Position numbers and translations under genes: made by a program
Shown here: positions 47,679 through 59,443 of the stretch, piece by piece
Layout: each line of letters begins with the position of its first letter
Position numbering within the stretch: position 1 is the first letter of the stretch
Assembly: GCA_048013815.1 (NCBI GenBank)
Contig: CM106586.1
Span: forward strand, 23,808,001 to 23,872,000
DNA from: Setoptus koraiensis
Lineage: Eukaryota; Animalia; Arthropoda
Direction: 5' to 3'
DNA: 64,000 nucleotides
Notes under the pieces: model-generated
The model's input: the letters and a program-made list of their open reading frames with translations, nothing else
Told to the model about the DNA's origin: nothing
Database searches by the model: none

Positions 47679-50600
47679 TCAATTGGCGCTGGAAAAAAGC
47701 TGTTGCGTTTGTGTATTTATTGCCTGTTGATGGTTGCTGTTTGCTGCTTGTCTCCCGGCCCCATTACTGTGATGAGTATTATTAGTGTTGGTGTTGTTAG
47801 TTGTGTTGTTGTGATTGCTTATTGAATTATTACTAGTTGTGGTGGTGGTTGTTGTGCCGGTGGTGCTGTTAGTGTCGCAAACGTTGCCGATATGCTGAAC
47901 GGCGCCCACGGGGGAGATAGTTGTTGTTGTTGTTGCGAGCTCGTTGGCCGCTTTAGCTGTCGCTGTCGTAATAGTAGTGATTTTTGGTTCCTGTTTTATG
48001 CTAACTGCATTTGTGTTGTTGTTGTTTGTGTTATTGTTGTTGTTGTTGTTGTTGCTATTTGAGTTGTTGTTGTTTTGATTTTGGGGCTTCTTTTTAACAT
48101 TTTTAGTATTGGGCAAATTGTTGTCTTTTTTGTATTTCATGCGCCTATTCTGGAACCAAATCTTAATCTGTCTTTCGCTTAATGCCAAATTGTGCGCTAT
48201 CTCAATCCGTCTGCGTCGTGTTAAATATTTATTAAATAGAAACTCTTTCTCTAATTCAACTATCTGATAACGAGTGTAGGCCGTCCTCTGGCGCTTCTGG
48301 TCCGCCGCCGACAGTCCGCCGTTGATGGAATTGCCCACTGTCGATCGATGCCAATCAACGATTGCGATTTGTGATTTGCGATTTGCGATTTTTGATTTGC
48401 ATGACCGATGCGCCCGTTCCATGGGCCGTTGATAGAGACGCAATATGCGACCATGATTTATTTGCGCCAATTTATAATGCGATTCAAGTGGCATTATGCG
48501 TAGGCCAACAGGTTTGTCGAGAATGGACGGCACGCCATTTATAAGCATTTATATTCATATTCATTATTCACCATTAGACAAACATGGCGACCCAATGAGC
48601 AGCAATATTTATTATGCAAATTGTTGTGGTATGGCGTGCAATGAGATGATGGAGAGATAAGAGAGTATAAGTATTCATTAGTTATTTAGTTTATTATTTC
48701 AATTTTAGTCAATTTGATTTGTAGTGTTTACAGTATCGAGCTGACACATGAGGCGCTCAGCTGATAGCTTGAGTGTTTCAGAGCAAATTGCTGCCGAATG
48801 ATTGAGCGGTATTTATATTATTTATATTGTGTGTATATTACACTTTTATTTATCTGGCCGGCGATTGCTATATAATGAGATAATATATTGCCATCACTAT
48901 ATTGCTATATAGTGTGTTGGCAGTGAAAAGTGAGCCAATAAATCAGCCTGTTTCGTGTCTGACACTCATTGGCTATCGCGGGCTGCAGCTCGCTAATTAA
49001 GTTACACAATTATTGCATTATTAATGTTTGTTGGATTGTCCTCAAGTGGCACTCACACTTGATTTGCTTGCTAATTGTCGCGCATCGACAATTGACAACA
49101 AAAACACAACAAAAAGTTTTAGTCGAGTTGCCCACATGACACAAGCCTTGCATGTCATTCTGGCTTCTTTGTTTGTTGTTTGTTGCATTACGCCACAAAC
49201 AGTGTGTCGCAATCACAACAACAACAACAACAACAACAGCACTCTAACAAGACCGATCGACACGATAATTGGCGCCCGTTTGATTGCGTCACTCTTTGCA
49301 CTGACAGTGTCGTTTTCACCTGACACACAACGCACACAGCGTCACACTGTCGTGAGCGAGGCAGACGTTGCAATTACGCAACAATATCGGCTAATAGAAC
49401 AACAAGTATCGTCAGTGTCATTTGGCCACTTGAGTGCTGATTGAGTGCGCCAGTGAGACTGCGACGGTCTCACAGTTCGATGAAGATGTCAGCCATGATT
49501 ACAGCGTTGCCAGCTGACTAACAAATTGTAAATTGCGTTGTTGTTAGTGTCAAGTGTCACACAAATTACGACACAAACAGCTGATGCAGCGAACCTTTCT
49601 CAGCTCGCCAATCATCTGACTATGACAACAACCGACACTGACAACTACTGACGCCGCCAACAACTGACACTGACAGCGACACACACACACACGCCTATAT
49701 CCGGTCTGGCCAGCGGCGACAGTCGAGCCGAGTGTGTCGCCGGTCTTCCCGTCGCCGCGGCCCTATATAGGCCACACACTGGTCGCTGGCCTTGCGACCG
49801 CTGCCCGTCGGGCAGCTCGGCTGCGCCACAGCTAGCACACGTCAAACACGACGGGCCGGCATCAAAAGATGCGCGCCACACACACACACCCACAACTGTC
49901 ACATCCTCGAGCCTCGGCCCGTCGCTTCCGAAGAGTGCGCCGCACTAACGCTGTTGCCCGGCTCGCTGTTCCGCGCGGACTGTTTGCGGGATGTTTGCGG
50001 AGTGTGTCGGCGTGGCTGCGACCAGACTAGTAGTTCCACAATCAGTCCGCAAACAGTCCGCGAACGGTCCGCAAACAGCCCGCAACGAGTCCGCGCTGTG
50101 CCCGCAGCCAGCGGACAATATAGGACAGCAGCGAGTGCGTTCGCCCGTGGGCCTGCCAGTGGAGCGCGCGCTGGGTTGTGTGCGGCCGCGCCGTGGCGCA
50201 CAATTGCGTATCGGTTGCGTATTCACGAGCGCAGTTTTGCGTGGCCATCGGGCCGTCGGGCCAACGAACGAGCGCGCCTTCTCTGGCCAGCCCTGCGCCC
50301 GTTTCCGCGACTGATTCATCCCTGCGAGTGACTGTGCGAAACCACAACACACACACACTCGATTGTTGTTGGCCAGTCGGGCCGGTTGAGCCGGAGCTGA
50401 GTGGAGCGGAGCGGCGCGGCGAGAGTCGGCACTGTAATTGTTTATTTGCAGCGGCTGGCGAGTCGCCGGCGAGCAGCGCACGACAGTTGAGCTGCTTGCG
50501 TCTCGGGCCGGGCTGCGGTCGCATGCGAAACTGAAATTGGCAGTGCGCAATTGGCGCTGCGAGATTCACGCCATGAAATTCGCCGATTCGCCGATTCGCA

Positions 50601-53600
50601 GCCGAGCTACGAGGCCGTTGCCGTAATGCGCGGAGATGCGAGCCAATCGGCGGCTTGGTCGCTGCTCAATGCCAACAACAGCCCAGCGCTCGGTCGTGTT
50701 GCGTCGCCTCCTTTCGGCGGCTACATCGCGGCTCGCAGCCATTGATTCGCTTGCCTTCGGTGGCGTTCGCTGCGTTTGCCGATTCGCTGGCGTTCGCTGC
50801 GTTCGCCGATTCGCTGGCGGCCGCCGCTCGGCTCGCGTCGGGCGCACACTGGCGCAGGTTCGCCACTTTCGTTAGTCGGCTCGGCGGCTGGGCGGGTGTG
50901 TGCCGCTCAATTGTTGTTGTTGCGGGCGTCTGACGGCCGTCGATCCGCGCTGTTGTCTCGCCAGACAGCAGCGCTTGTGGCGCAACCGACGGGCCGGCTG
51001 GCGAGCCGAGCGAGCGCGTGAGCCGAGCAAGCGGGCGAGCAGGCCGAAAGAGCGAGCGCAAGAGCGAGCGCAAGAGCGAGCGAACGAGCGAGCGAGCGAG
51101 CAAGCGAGGAAAATGGCAAAAATTGGCATTGGCTGTGTCGCTATTTTTGCCTGCAGCTCATGCCATTTTGTTGTTGCGTCGGCCCGACTCGCGAGCTACA
51201 CGTCGGCTGGCTGCGAGCGGCCGACAGCGACAAGCCAGCCAACGAGCGCCGCCAACGAGCGCCAGCCAATGAGCGGGCGAGAGCGCCGCCGCCAGCCAAT
51301 GAGCGAGCCGAGCGCCGAGCGCCAGTTGAGCGCTGGCGCTAGTTGAGTGAGTTCGCTCGCTCGCCTGCGAATTCGCTGCAATTTCGCCGCAATTTCGCTC
51401 TCGTCTGGCGGGCTCGCAACACAATTCGCACAACACAATTCAGCGAGCGCGCCTGTGAAGCGATGGTGAGGAAATATTCACGCAAATGTTGACGCACGCA
51501 GTGTGTGTGTGTGTGTACGTCGTCATCTGTTGTTGTTGCGACAGCCAAAAGCTGGCAACAACTCTGTTAGTCGCTGCTTCTCTCGCTCGCTCGTTGCGTC
51601 GCCCTCTCGTTGTGCTCGCAACGCTGTCAGCCTGTTCGCTGGCTCGAGCGAACGCCATTCTATTCTCACGTATGCACACTGTCGTTGCTGTTGCTGTTGT
51701 TGCCGTTGTTGCTGTTGTTGTTGTTGCTGTTGTTGTTGCTGCTGTTGTTGTTGGTGCTGTCGCTGTTGTTGTTGCCGCTGCGAGCGCTGCTGCTGGCAGC
51801 AACACAAACACACAGTTGGCTGCCGATAGTGATGCAATAGACGACGCATCGGCCGCCCGCTCGCCTGTCTGTTTGTTTGTCGCCGTTGAAGTTTGCTCAG
51901 CGGCATCAACGACATCGCCAACAACGACACCGCCAACAACGACAGCGCCGACAACAGCGACGCCAGCGCGCCAGCGACACATCGCAGCCGCTCCAAGATG
52001 CGGCTTTATAGACACGGCGGCAATTATAGGCCGCCATCGGCGCAGCCCCCCAGCTACGCGCTGTGCGTGTGTGTGCGTGTGTGCGCTGGCCAACTCTCTT
52101 GCCGGCGCGTTTGTGATCGTCGCGGTCGCACAATTCGGCCGAATTTTCGAACTCGACCGAATATCCGAATTCGACCGAATATCCGAACTCGACCGAATAT
52201 CCGAGTTCGACCGAATATCCGAACTCGACCGAACATCAGAACTCGACCGAATATCCGAACTCGACAGCCGACAAGACGGGCGGCGCGCCCGAACGCCCAT
52301 CGAGCGCCCGAACGCTCGCATGCCCAAACATTCGCGCAGTCGAGCGCTGCGACCGTTCGCCGTTGCAACGTTCGCCGGTTCGTCTGCCCGAGCCGCGGAC
52401 GAGCCGCGCTCCGTTCTTTATAATGCGAACCGCCCCGCTGTACAGGCGGCACGGGCGGCACCAATGGCAACAATGGCGCGCTGCTGAGCTGCCGCAACCG
52501 CGCCAAGAAGCGAGTGCGGCCCCCAGTGCGGCCGGCGCGGCGCGGCCCGCCGCGACGGGGGCCGCACTGCGGATTGCGAGCTGCGAACCGCGGACTGCGA
52601 ACCGCGGACTGCAAACTGCCGACTGCGGGCCGAGCGCACAAGTCGGGCTGTGATACTGGCAGCGGCGAAATATGATGACTTGTTTGGGCTGGCGGGGGCA
52701 AGCAGCATCGGCGCGCAGTTTCACTCGAGGCACCGGCGCGCAGTTTTACGAGAAGCCGAGGGTCGGCCCTGAGCGGCACAGTGCAGAGTTGAGAGTTGCG
52801 AGCGGCGAGGGGGCACCAACGGCACACAAAAACAACGGGCCGGCCAGCAAACAACAAAGTCAAACAAACAAGAATTATGATAAATAGCTGGCTGCGTCAG
52901 TGTCCACTGCGGGTCGCTGTCAGCGGCACTCAAGGTGAGTTATCGCGGCAACAATCGCGACGGCAGCCACGGCACAACGAAGCGACATTTGAATATTATT
53001 CGGCGGTCGCTTGTTCGGCGGTCGCCGGGTTCGCGGCCAATTGCGAGACGTGCCAGCGCCGAGCAGAGAATTAGCCCGGTCTTACAACTCGCTGCTGGAG
53101 CGAACAAGTCGAAGAGAAGTGGCCCGTTGTTGGCCACTTTTTAGGCACAAAGGCGCAAGTTGTCACATTGTTGCTGGCCACTCACGCTGCCAGAATGCGC
53201 CAAAAAATAGCCAAAAAGTTGGCCACAAATCTCGCACCGTCGTCCGGCTCAACCGACGGGACGGGCCGGCCCGCAGCGATTTCGGCGGTGCGGCGATTTC
53301 GGCCCGACTCCAGATTGAATTTTCCAAATTTTCTAAATTTTCTCGATTTTCCCGACACTCCAACGCGGCGGCCTATAGATGCGGCCCGCAGAACAGCATG
53401 CTATACCGGCAGAGTGACACAGTGCTGTCAATGTGGCACTGAATGGACCAGCACGGATTGCATAACACACACAATAATACGTATGCGTACATGCAACGGG
53501 GGATCGGAATGATAAATATGGTGCGCTCGTCACCTCACCACTTAACTCGAAAGCGCCACCGATTGTCAGAGCACGGGTGAATAGCGCACCGTGACACGCT

Positions 53601-56600
53601 ATAATATTTATAATATGCGCACCAATGCGCTGTGGATATCGCTCAACAGATTGTGGATACTATATCCTGAATACTATATGGGGATATCCACGATGAACAG
53701 CGTCATGGCATTAAGGCATTACAGCATTATGGCATTATGGCGTGGATATCTCCAGTGGCATGGATATCTCTGGCGGCGCGGATATCGTGGATATCGCCGT
53801 AGCAAGTAGCAAGTAGCAAGGATGGAGCAGTGCTTTAGGATATCTGTGCGCCAGCGATAGGCCGCACGGATATCCTAAAGCACAGATATCGTAAAGCACA
53901 GATATCGGCGCGTCGACATGGCAGGCGCGTGAATCACGTGTAAATAGGTCAGGTTACGCCAGTGACAGCCAGTGAGTCGGCAACGCGATCGATTGCGTCA
54001 CTGCATTGCACTTTAACAGCGGCACACAGGGGGCGCCTACAAATGGGGCCCCTCTGGCGGCGGCCGCTGTTAGTGCAAGGCGCATAAAGTGGTTTAATAA
54101 ATCAATTCCGCACCAGATACGACAATCGCGTATAAATAACACGCTCGTTTGTTCTCGTGTCTGCTGGCTCGTTCTTTGCCCGCCGTCGTGTCTGTAGCCG
54201 CGGCTGTGTGACGTTACAACTTGACACAAGCACCAACAACAGCACCAACAACAGCAACAACAGCAGCAACAGCAGCAACAGCAACAACAACAACAGCAAC
54301 AACAACAACAGCAACAACAACAACTTGCCAGAACAACTTGTGCTCAGGCAACAACAGTAAGTGTGTTCACGAGGGCGAAAACACACACACAATCACGCAC
54401 AAATTGTGCGAGCGGCAGCCCATGCATAACACAACACTGACACCCTTGAACGTCAAATTGTCGGATTGTCGGATTGTCGAAGGCGCTGCAAGTGTCGAAC
54501 GTTGGTCGCTGGATGGCTGGCTGAGTCGCAGCTCGCAGCTCGAAACTCGCGACTGCAACTGGCAACTTGTTTCCTTTCGAACGCTCACTGCGAACTCGCT
54601 GGCGAACCTGTTCGCCATTGTGTTCGGGCGAGGCTGGCGCAGCGCTCATTAGCACACACATTTGGCACATTTGGCACATTTTTAGCGCAACAGTGCTAAG
54701 TAAAAACTGCATTTAGCTGGTCGCGCCGCCATGCCAATGCCTGGCCGGCTCATTCACTGGCTGGCGGGCCGGCTCACTCGCGGCTGGCTGCTCGGCTCAC
54801 TTGCGGCTGGCTCACAACTTGTCGGTCGGTCGCGGGCCGGCTCGTGTGAACCAACGAAACTAGCCCAAGGCAGCGCATTTCACAAAAAGCATATTTCACA
54901 CAGTGATTTTGCCAGTGTTTCTGTGCTCCCTCGCAGCGCTCTCCCATGCCTTACATGCACGCAATGGCACCACTTGTTTGGCGTGATTCGTGCCCTCAAC
55001 GGTGCGCTGTTTGTGGCCGACATGTCGCGTATCGCTCACTGACGAACCCAATTCAACCGACCAACTACCAAACGACAAGAGCGTTACATAACAGCGACAC
55101 TTTTTGTTTCTAGGTGTCGCCACTGGTGGGCTCTGACTGGTAGCATCTACGACATGGCCATGTGAGATAAGATGGAGAAAGTTGCACAACAGTTGAGGCG
55201 CAATGCACAGCCCAGCGGGCTCGCATCACCGGGCCACGTACCTGTCACAATTGGCGCGCCCTAATGATGACCGATGAGGCTTGGGTGCGACCACCAACAG
55301 CTTCATTCGAGCCCCAATTCGGGCTCGCTTGCGGCCTGTTCATGCCCGCTGCTGTTTGTTTACGTGCGCTTGTTGGGCGCACATTCGGCGGCGGGTATTT
55401 GGGCGATCGGCGGACAGCGACGATTTGTGTTGCCACCGAAAGCAACACGCGCCCGCCGACCGGCCGGCGCTGCGTTCGCGCGACGGGCGCTAATCAACCA
55501 GCCAGCCAGCGGACAAATTTTGATGGATCGAGTGATCGATCAATCGGGTCTCGCTCGTCGTCTGGCTGTTGCGCGCCGACGGGACGCGCACGCTTTGCCC
55601 GCCGCCTCACCTGTCCGCTCGTTCGCTTGGCCGACAATTGTGTGGCTTGTGAGGGTAGATTTGATTTGATCGCCGTTAATTTGCGTGCCGTTAATTTGCA
55701 CACAACTGTTGTGGAGCGGCGTCATTTGCCGCCATTCAGCGCTGTCACCGTCATGTTGGCCACTGGCCGCTGACCACTGACTGTTGGCGTTGACAGTGAT
55801 GCATGTCGACGCCAAAGCAAGCGCAGCCAAAACAAAGCCAAATATTGATTAGCAGCGACCGTTATATTGTGAGCGGCAGCAGCAATGAATGGACGGCACC
55901 AAATCGCCAGCAAGCGGCCAATAAAAATGTCATGCTATTGATTAGCGATTGACAATTATCGGCGCTCGCTTTCGAATCGCTGCGGCCAGTTGTGTCCAGT
56001 TGTCGCTCGTTGTCGCTCGCTGACGTTTGTTGATGAGTCGATGGTCGTCGATTGTCGATCGCCAGTTGGCATATTCCACAACAATCCGGCGGGCGCATTG
56101 TGAGCGGGCGATAATTTGCCTGTTGTTTGATTTGTCGTTCTTGTCGTGGCCGTGGACAGGAAATGAGACTTTCGCGTCGTTCGCATTTCGTTTGCACGCC
56201 GCCTGCCGGTGTCCGTCGTGTCAACGGGTTTGCGCCGGAGTCGGCCCGACGACGACGACGACAACAAAAATAAAAACAACAACAACGACAACAACGACAA
56301 CAACAAGTGTCGTTATAGGGCCGCGTTGTGTTGCGTAACTGCGCTGTGTTGCGCACTGTTACACTGGCGCGTACATGCGCGCCAGGGTCGGCCAAAAAGT
56401 GACCGGCGGCCGTCGATTGTTGGTTGCAAGGTTGCTCACTGCACGGCCTCGTGTCTCCCCAGACAGACAGACAAACAAAGAACAGCGAGAGAACGAGAGA
56501 ACAAAGAACCGAACAACTGGCTGCCTATATAGGGCACAAAAGCACACACACACACACAACGTGATTGACAGCTCCACTGACAGCGGGTGATTGATGAGCG

Positions 56601-59443
56601 GCGCGCTAACGTCACTCTGAGCTGCGCTGGCCTATAATTTTCATTAATAATCTTGTCCGATAATTTTCATTTTGTCACGATGTTGCCAAACTGAATCTCG
56701 CTACATGTTTTGTCGTGTGATTCGCACATCGCGCAACACAAGTCATGTGATCAGCTGCTCGTCGGCATAGCCGCCGCGATGGCTGCTTCATCCACGGCTC
56801 GTCTCGTCTCTAATTGGCGCCCTCTTTGCGTCGCGATTGAATTCGCAGCAAGCTAATTCGCAGTCTAGTTGCGGCCAACATCCACACAGACAGTGTGGCT
56901 CGCAAAATCACAACATAACAACAAAAAACAGTAGCTCGCCGGCCAGTGCAGCCCATGGGGCCAGCTCATGCGGAAACATGCGGCTGGCAGTGGAAAAAAG
57001 TTGCAAAAAACGACGCACACACACAGTTCAACTAGTGGATTGTTGTGCATCTCTGGCACAGTGTTGCGGCACAGAGCATCACTGTTCGCGTTCGTGAAGT
57101 GATTATTCTCTCATGGCAAGCATGAATTGAATCTGTTGTTTCAAACAGATTTCAAACAATTTTCAGCGCTGCCAAACCTCGGCTCGTTGTGCCCTTTTGC
57201 TGCCAATTTCAATGGCAAAATGGCAACAAATTTGAATATTAGAGAAATTTCTTTGCATTTCACAAGCGTCTCGACAGAGCGCCTTTCGAATGGCTGATCC
57301 ATTGTGCGCGATTGTTTTTCTCAACAACAACACGCTTATCAGCTAGCGGTTGCTACGAGAAAGAAACTGCAACCGGCTTATTGGCGCATGAGGATAATCT
57401 CTGACGAGCTCCACGACGATTGCCTGTGTCGTGTTGAGGCTCGGCACCGACAATTATCAGCCATTATTAGTTATTATTATTAGTTGGTCTAACAATAATC
57501 AAGCCGGCGATTATCGGCACGCTGCAATGATAGCCTGAGTATGAGATTTGTTGGGACACAGTGTTTACGAGGAAAATAAGCAAAAACAAATAGGAGGATT
57601 TCTCACCTTGTGACGAATGCTTCTTTTGCATCCAGTCATAAACAACTCCCCCTTGCTCTTCGCCGCTCAACTCCGATCCACTGTGCGAATCATCGTCGTC
57701 ATCGTCGTCTTGGTATTCGTCGGCCGAATGATGCTGCAGTTGTGGCTCTTGTGTGTTGTGAAGGAGTTGTTGTTGTTGTGTTGCTTGTTGTTGTGCTTGT
57801 GTCTGTGGTTGCTGGTGTATCTGCTTCAATTGTTCCGCTTCTAACGACACCGACGACGACGATGGCGAGCTGGCTACCAATTGTGCGAGCGGGTGCTGTG
57901 GTTGCTGATGAATTAATTGCTGATATTGATATTGCGGTTGTTGTTGTTGGTGTAAGTGACTGGCTTGTTGATGTTGGTGCTGCTGTTGTTGTTGTTGTTG
58001 AGATTGTTGCTGCAACTGCATCTGCTGCAATTGTTGCTGCATCTGATGCTGCTGCTGCTGTTGTTGTTGATCGGCCTCTAGTGACACCGACGACGACGAG
58101 GGCGAATGTTGCGTAAGAGGATGCTGCTGCGGCTGCTGGTGACCTTGTAGGGGTGCCAGAGTTGGCGGCGTCGATATAGGTAGGATCCTCAAATTGGTGC
58201 CGGCGGCATGCAGACTGTCCGCTGCTGAGGCGCCGAAATTGCTGCTGGCGCTGCTATTATTAGACTTGTTGCCATTTGTGACAGGCTGCAAAGTTTGGGG
58301 CGACTGGTGATTTGGTGGCGTTCCGTTTGCTGGCGACGCGGCTATTGCGCCCATTGACGTGGGCACCACCGGCACGCCGGCAGCAGCAGTAGCAGCTATC
58401 GGCAACAATATAGGACTATCGGCACAGGTAGCCGGTTGTGCAATACCGTTCATGATGGGATGCTGATGATGATGCTGAAAGTGTTGCTCATAATGTTGGT
58501 GTTGCTGATGGTGATGTTGTTGCTGTTGTTGCAGGTGGTGGTGGTGGTGGTGGTGAAGTTGTTGTTGTGGTTGATGCTGCTGATTATGTAAATGCTGCTG
58601 CTGTTGTTGTTGTTGTTGCGAATGCTGTTGGTGATGGTGCTGCTGAAAAGCAGCCGCATTCTGATGATGGTGATGGTGTTGTGCATGTTGCGCGTGGTGC
58701 TGGTGGTGAAGGTGGTGATGGTGGTGAGCGTGCGGCATCAAAATCATGGCATGATGCTGCTGCTGTTGCTGTTGTTCAATATTGGTTAGATCGGCTGAAT
58801 TAAGCAAATGATGATGATGTTTGTTGTCCGCTAGCGGTGATTGATTGCTGGCCAGCACTTGTTGTTGTTGCTGCTGCCGCTGCTGCTGAGTGAATTGCTC
58901 CTGATGTAAATCAAGCTGTTGGTGTTGGAGGTGATGAAGCTGCTGCTGCTGCTGCTGTTGTTGTTGGTGGTGGTGGTTTTGATGCTGCTGGTGCTGATGG
59001 TGTTGTTGATGGTGGTGCAATTGATGGGGTGCTTGGTGATGCTGTTGTTGTTGTTGTAATTGTTGTTGCTGCTGTTGTTGTTGTTGATGCTGAAAGTGTT
59101 GCTGATAAGTGTGATGATGCTGTTGATGACTCTGAATTGTGACCGGCGTGATGTTTGCTGTGAGTGTTGGCGTCGATTGGGGACTCACTGCGCTCGCCAG
59201 CATGGTGGCATCGCCCGCGCCTAAACTGACCGGCGACTGATGGTGATAATTGTGAGGTAGGCTCCCATTTGTGATTGGACTAGCCGAGTGATTGAAATGA
59301 TGATGATGATTATTGTTGTAGTTGACCCTAGATTGAGTGGCCACAGTGACCGCTGCGCTTGCTGCTGCCGCCGTCATTGCCGATTGTTCATTATGCGACA
59401 CAACAGGATATGATAGATAATCGGTGGCGTTCTCTGTCTTCAT
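47679..59443 (-). CDS. Dfd: Hox4/Deformed-type homeodomain protein, ~831 aa; exons 59443-57607 and 48337-47679, intron 9,269 bp
   Basis: Homeodomain at 48299-48120: [60 protein letters not shown], followed by the Hox4-diagnostic LPNTKNVKK. Exon 1 is Q/H-rich and ends [13 protein letters not shown]|GTGAGA. The phase-1 acceptor cag|TG restores the frame. Confidence 0.85.
52148..52265 (+). repeat. 6.5 x 18 bp tandem repeat (CGAACTCGACCGAATATC)
   Basis: Units start at 52148, 52166, 52184, 52202, 52220, 52238 and 52256. Confidence 0.93.
55243..55982 (+). repeat. Right arm of the long inverted repeat (inside the Dfd intron)
   Basis: See the left arm. Contains TGATGGAT (55521) and TGATCGAT (55533). 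Confidence 0.95.
56562..56595 (+). promoter_or_regulatory. Composite TALE/Hox element in the Dfd intron: TGATTGACAG + TGACAG + TGATTGAT
   Basis: Exact motifs at 56562, 56578 and 56588. Binding is inferred. Confidence 0.55.

Noticed and set aside
51440-52863. 295-333 aa ORFs in the Dfd intron (e.g. ELDRIS repeats), considered as an alternative exon for the inverted state
   Set aside because: They are translations of CAA/GTT tracts and the 18 bp array, with no convincing splice sites or domain.
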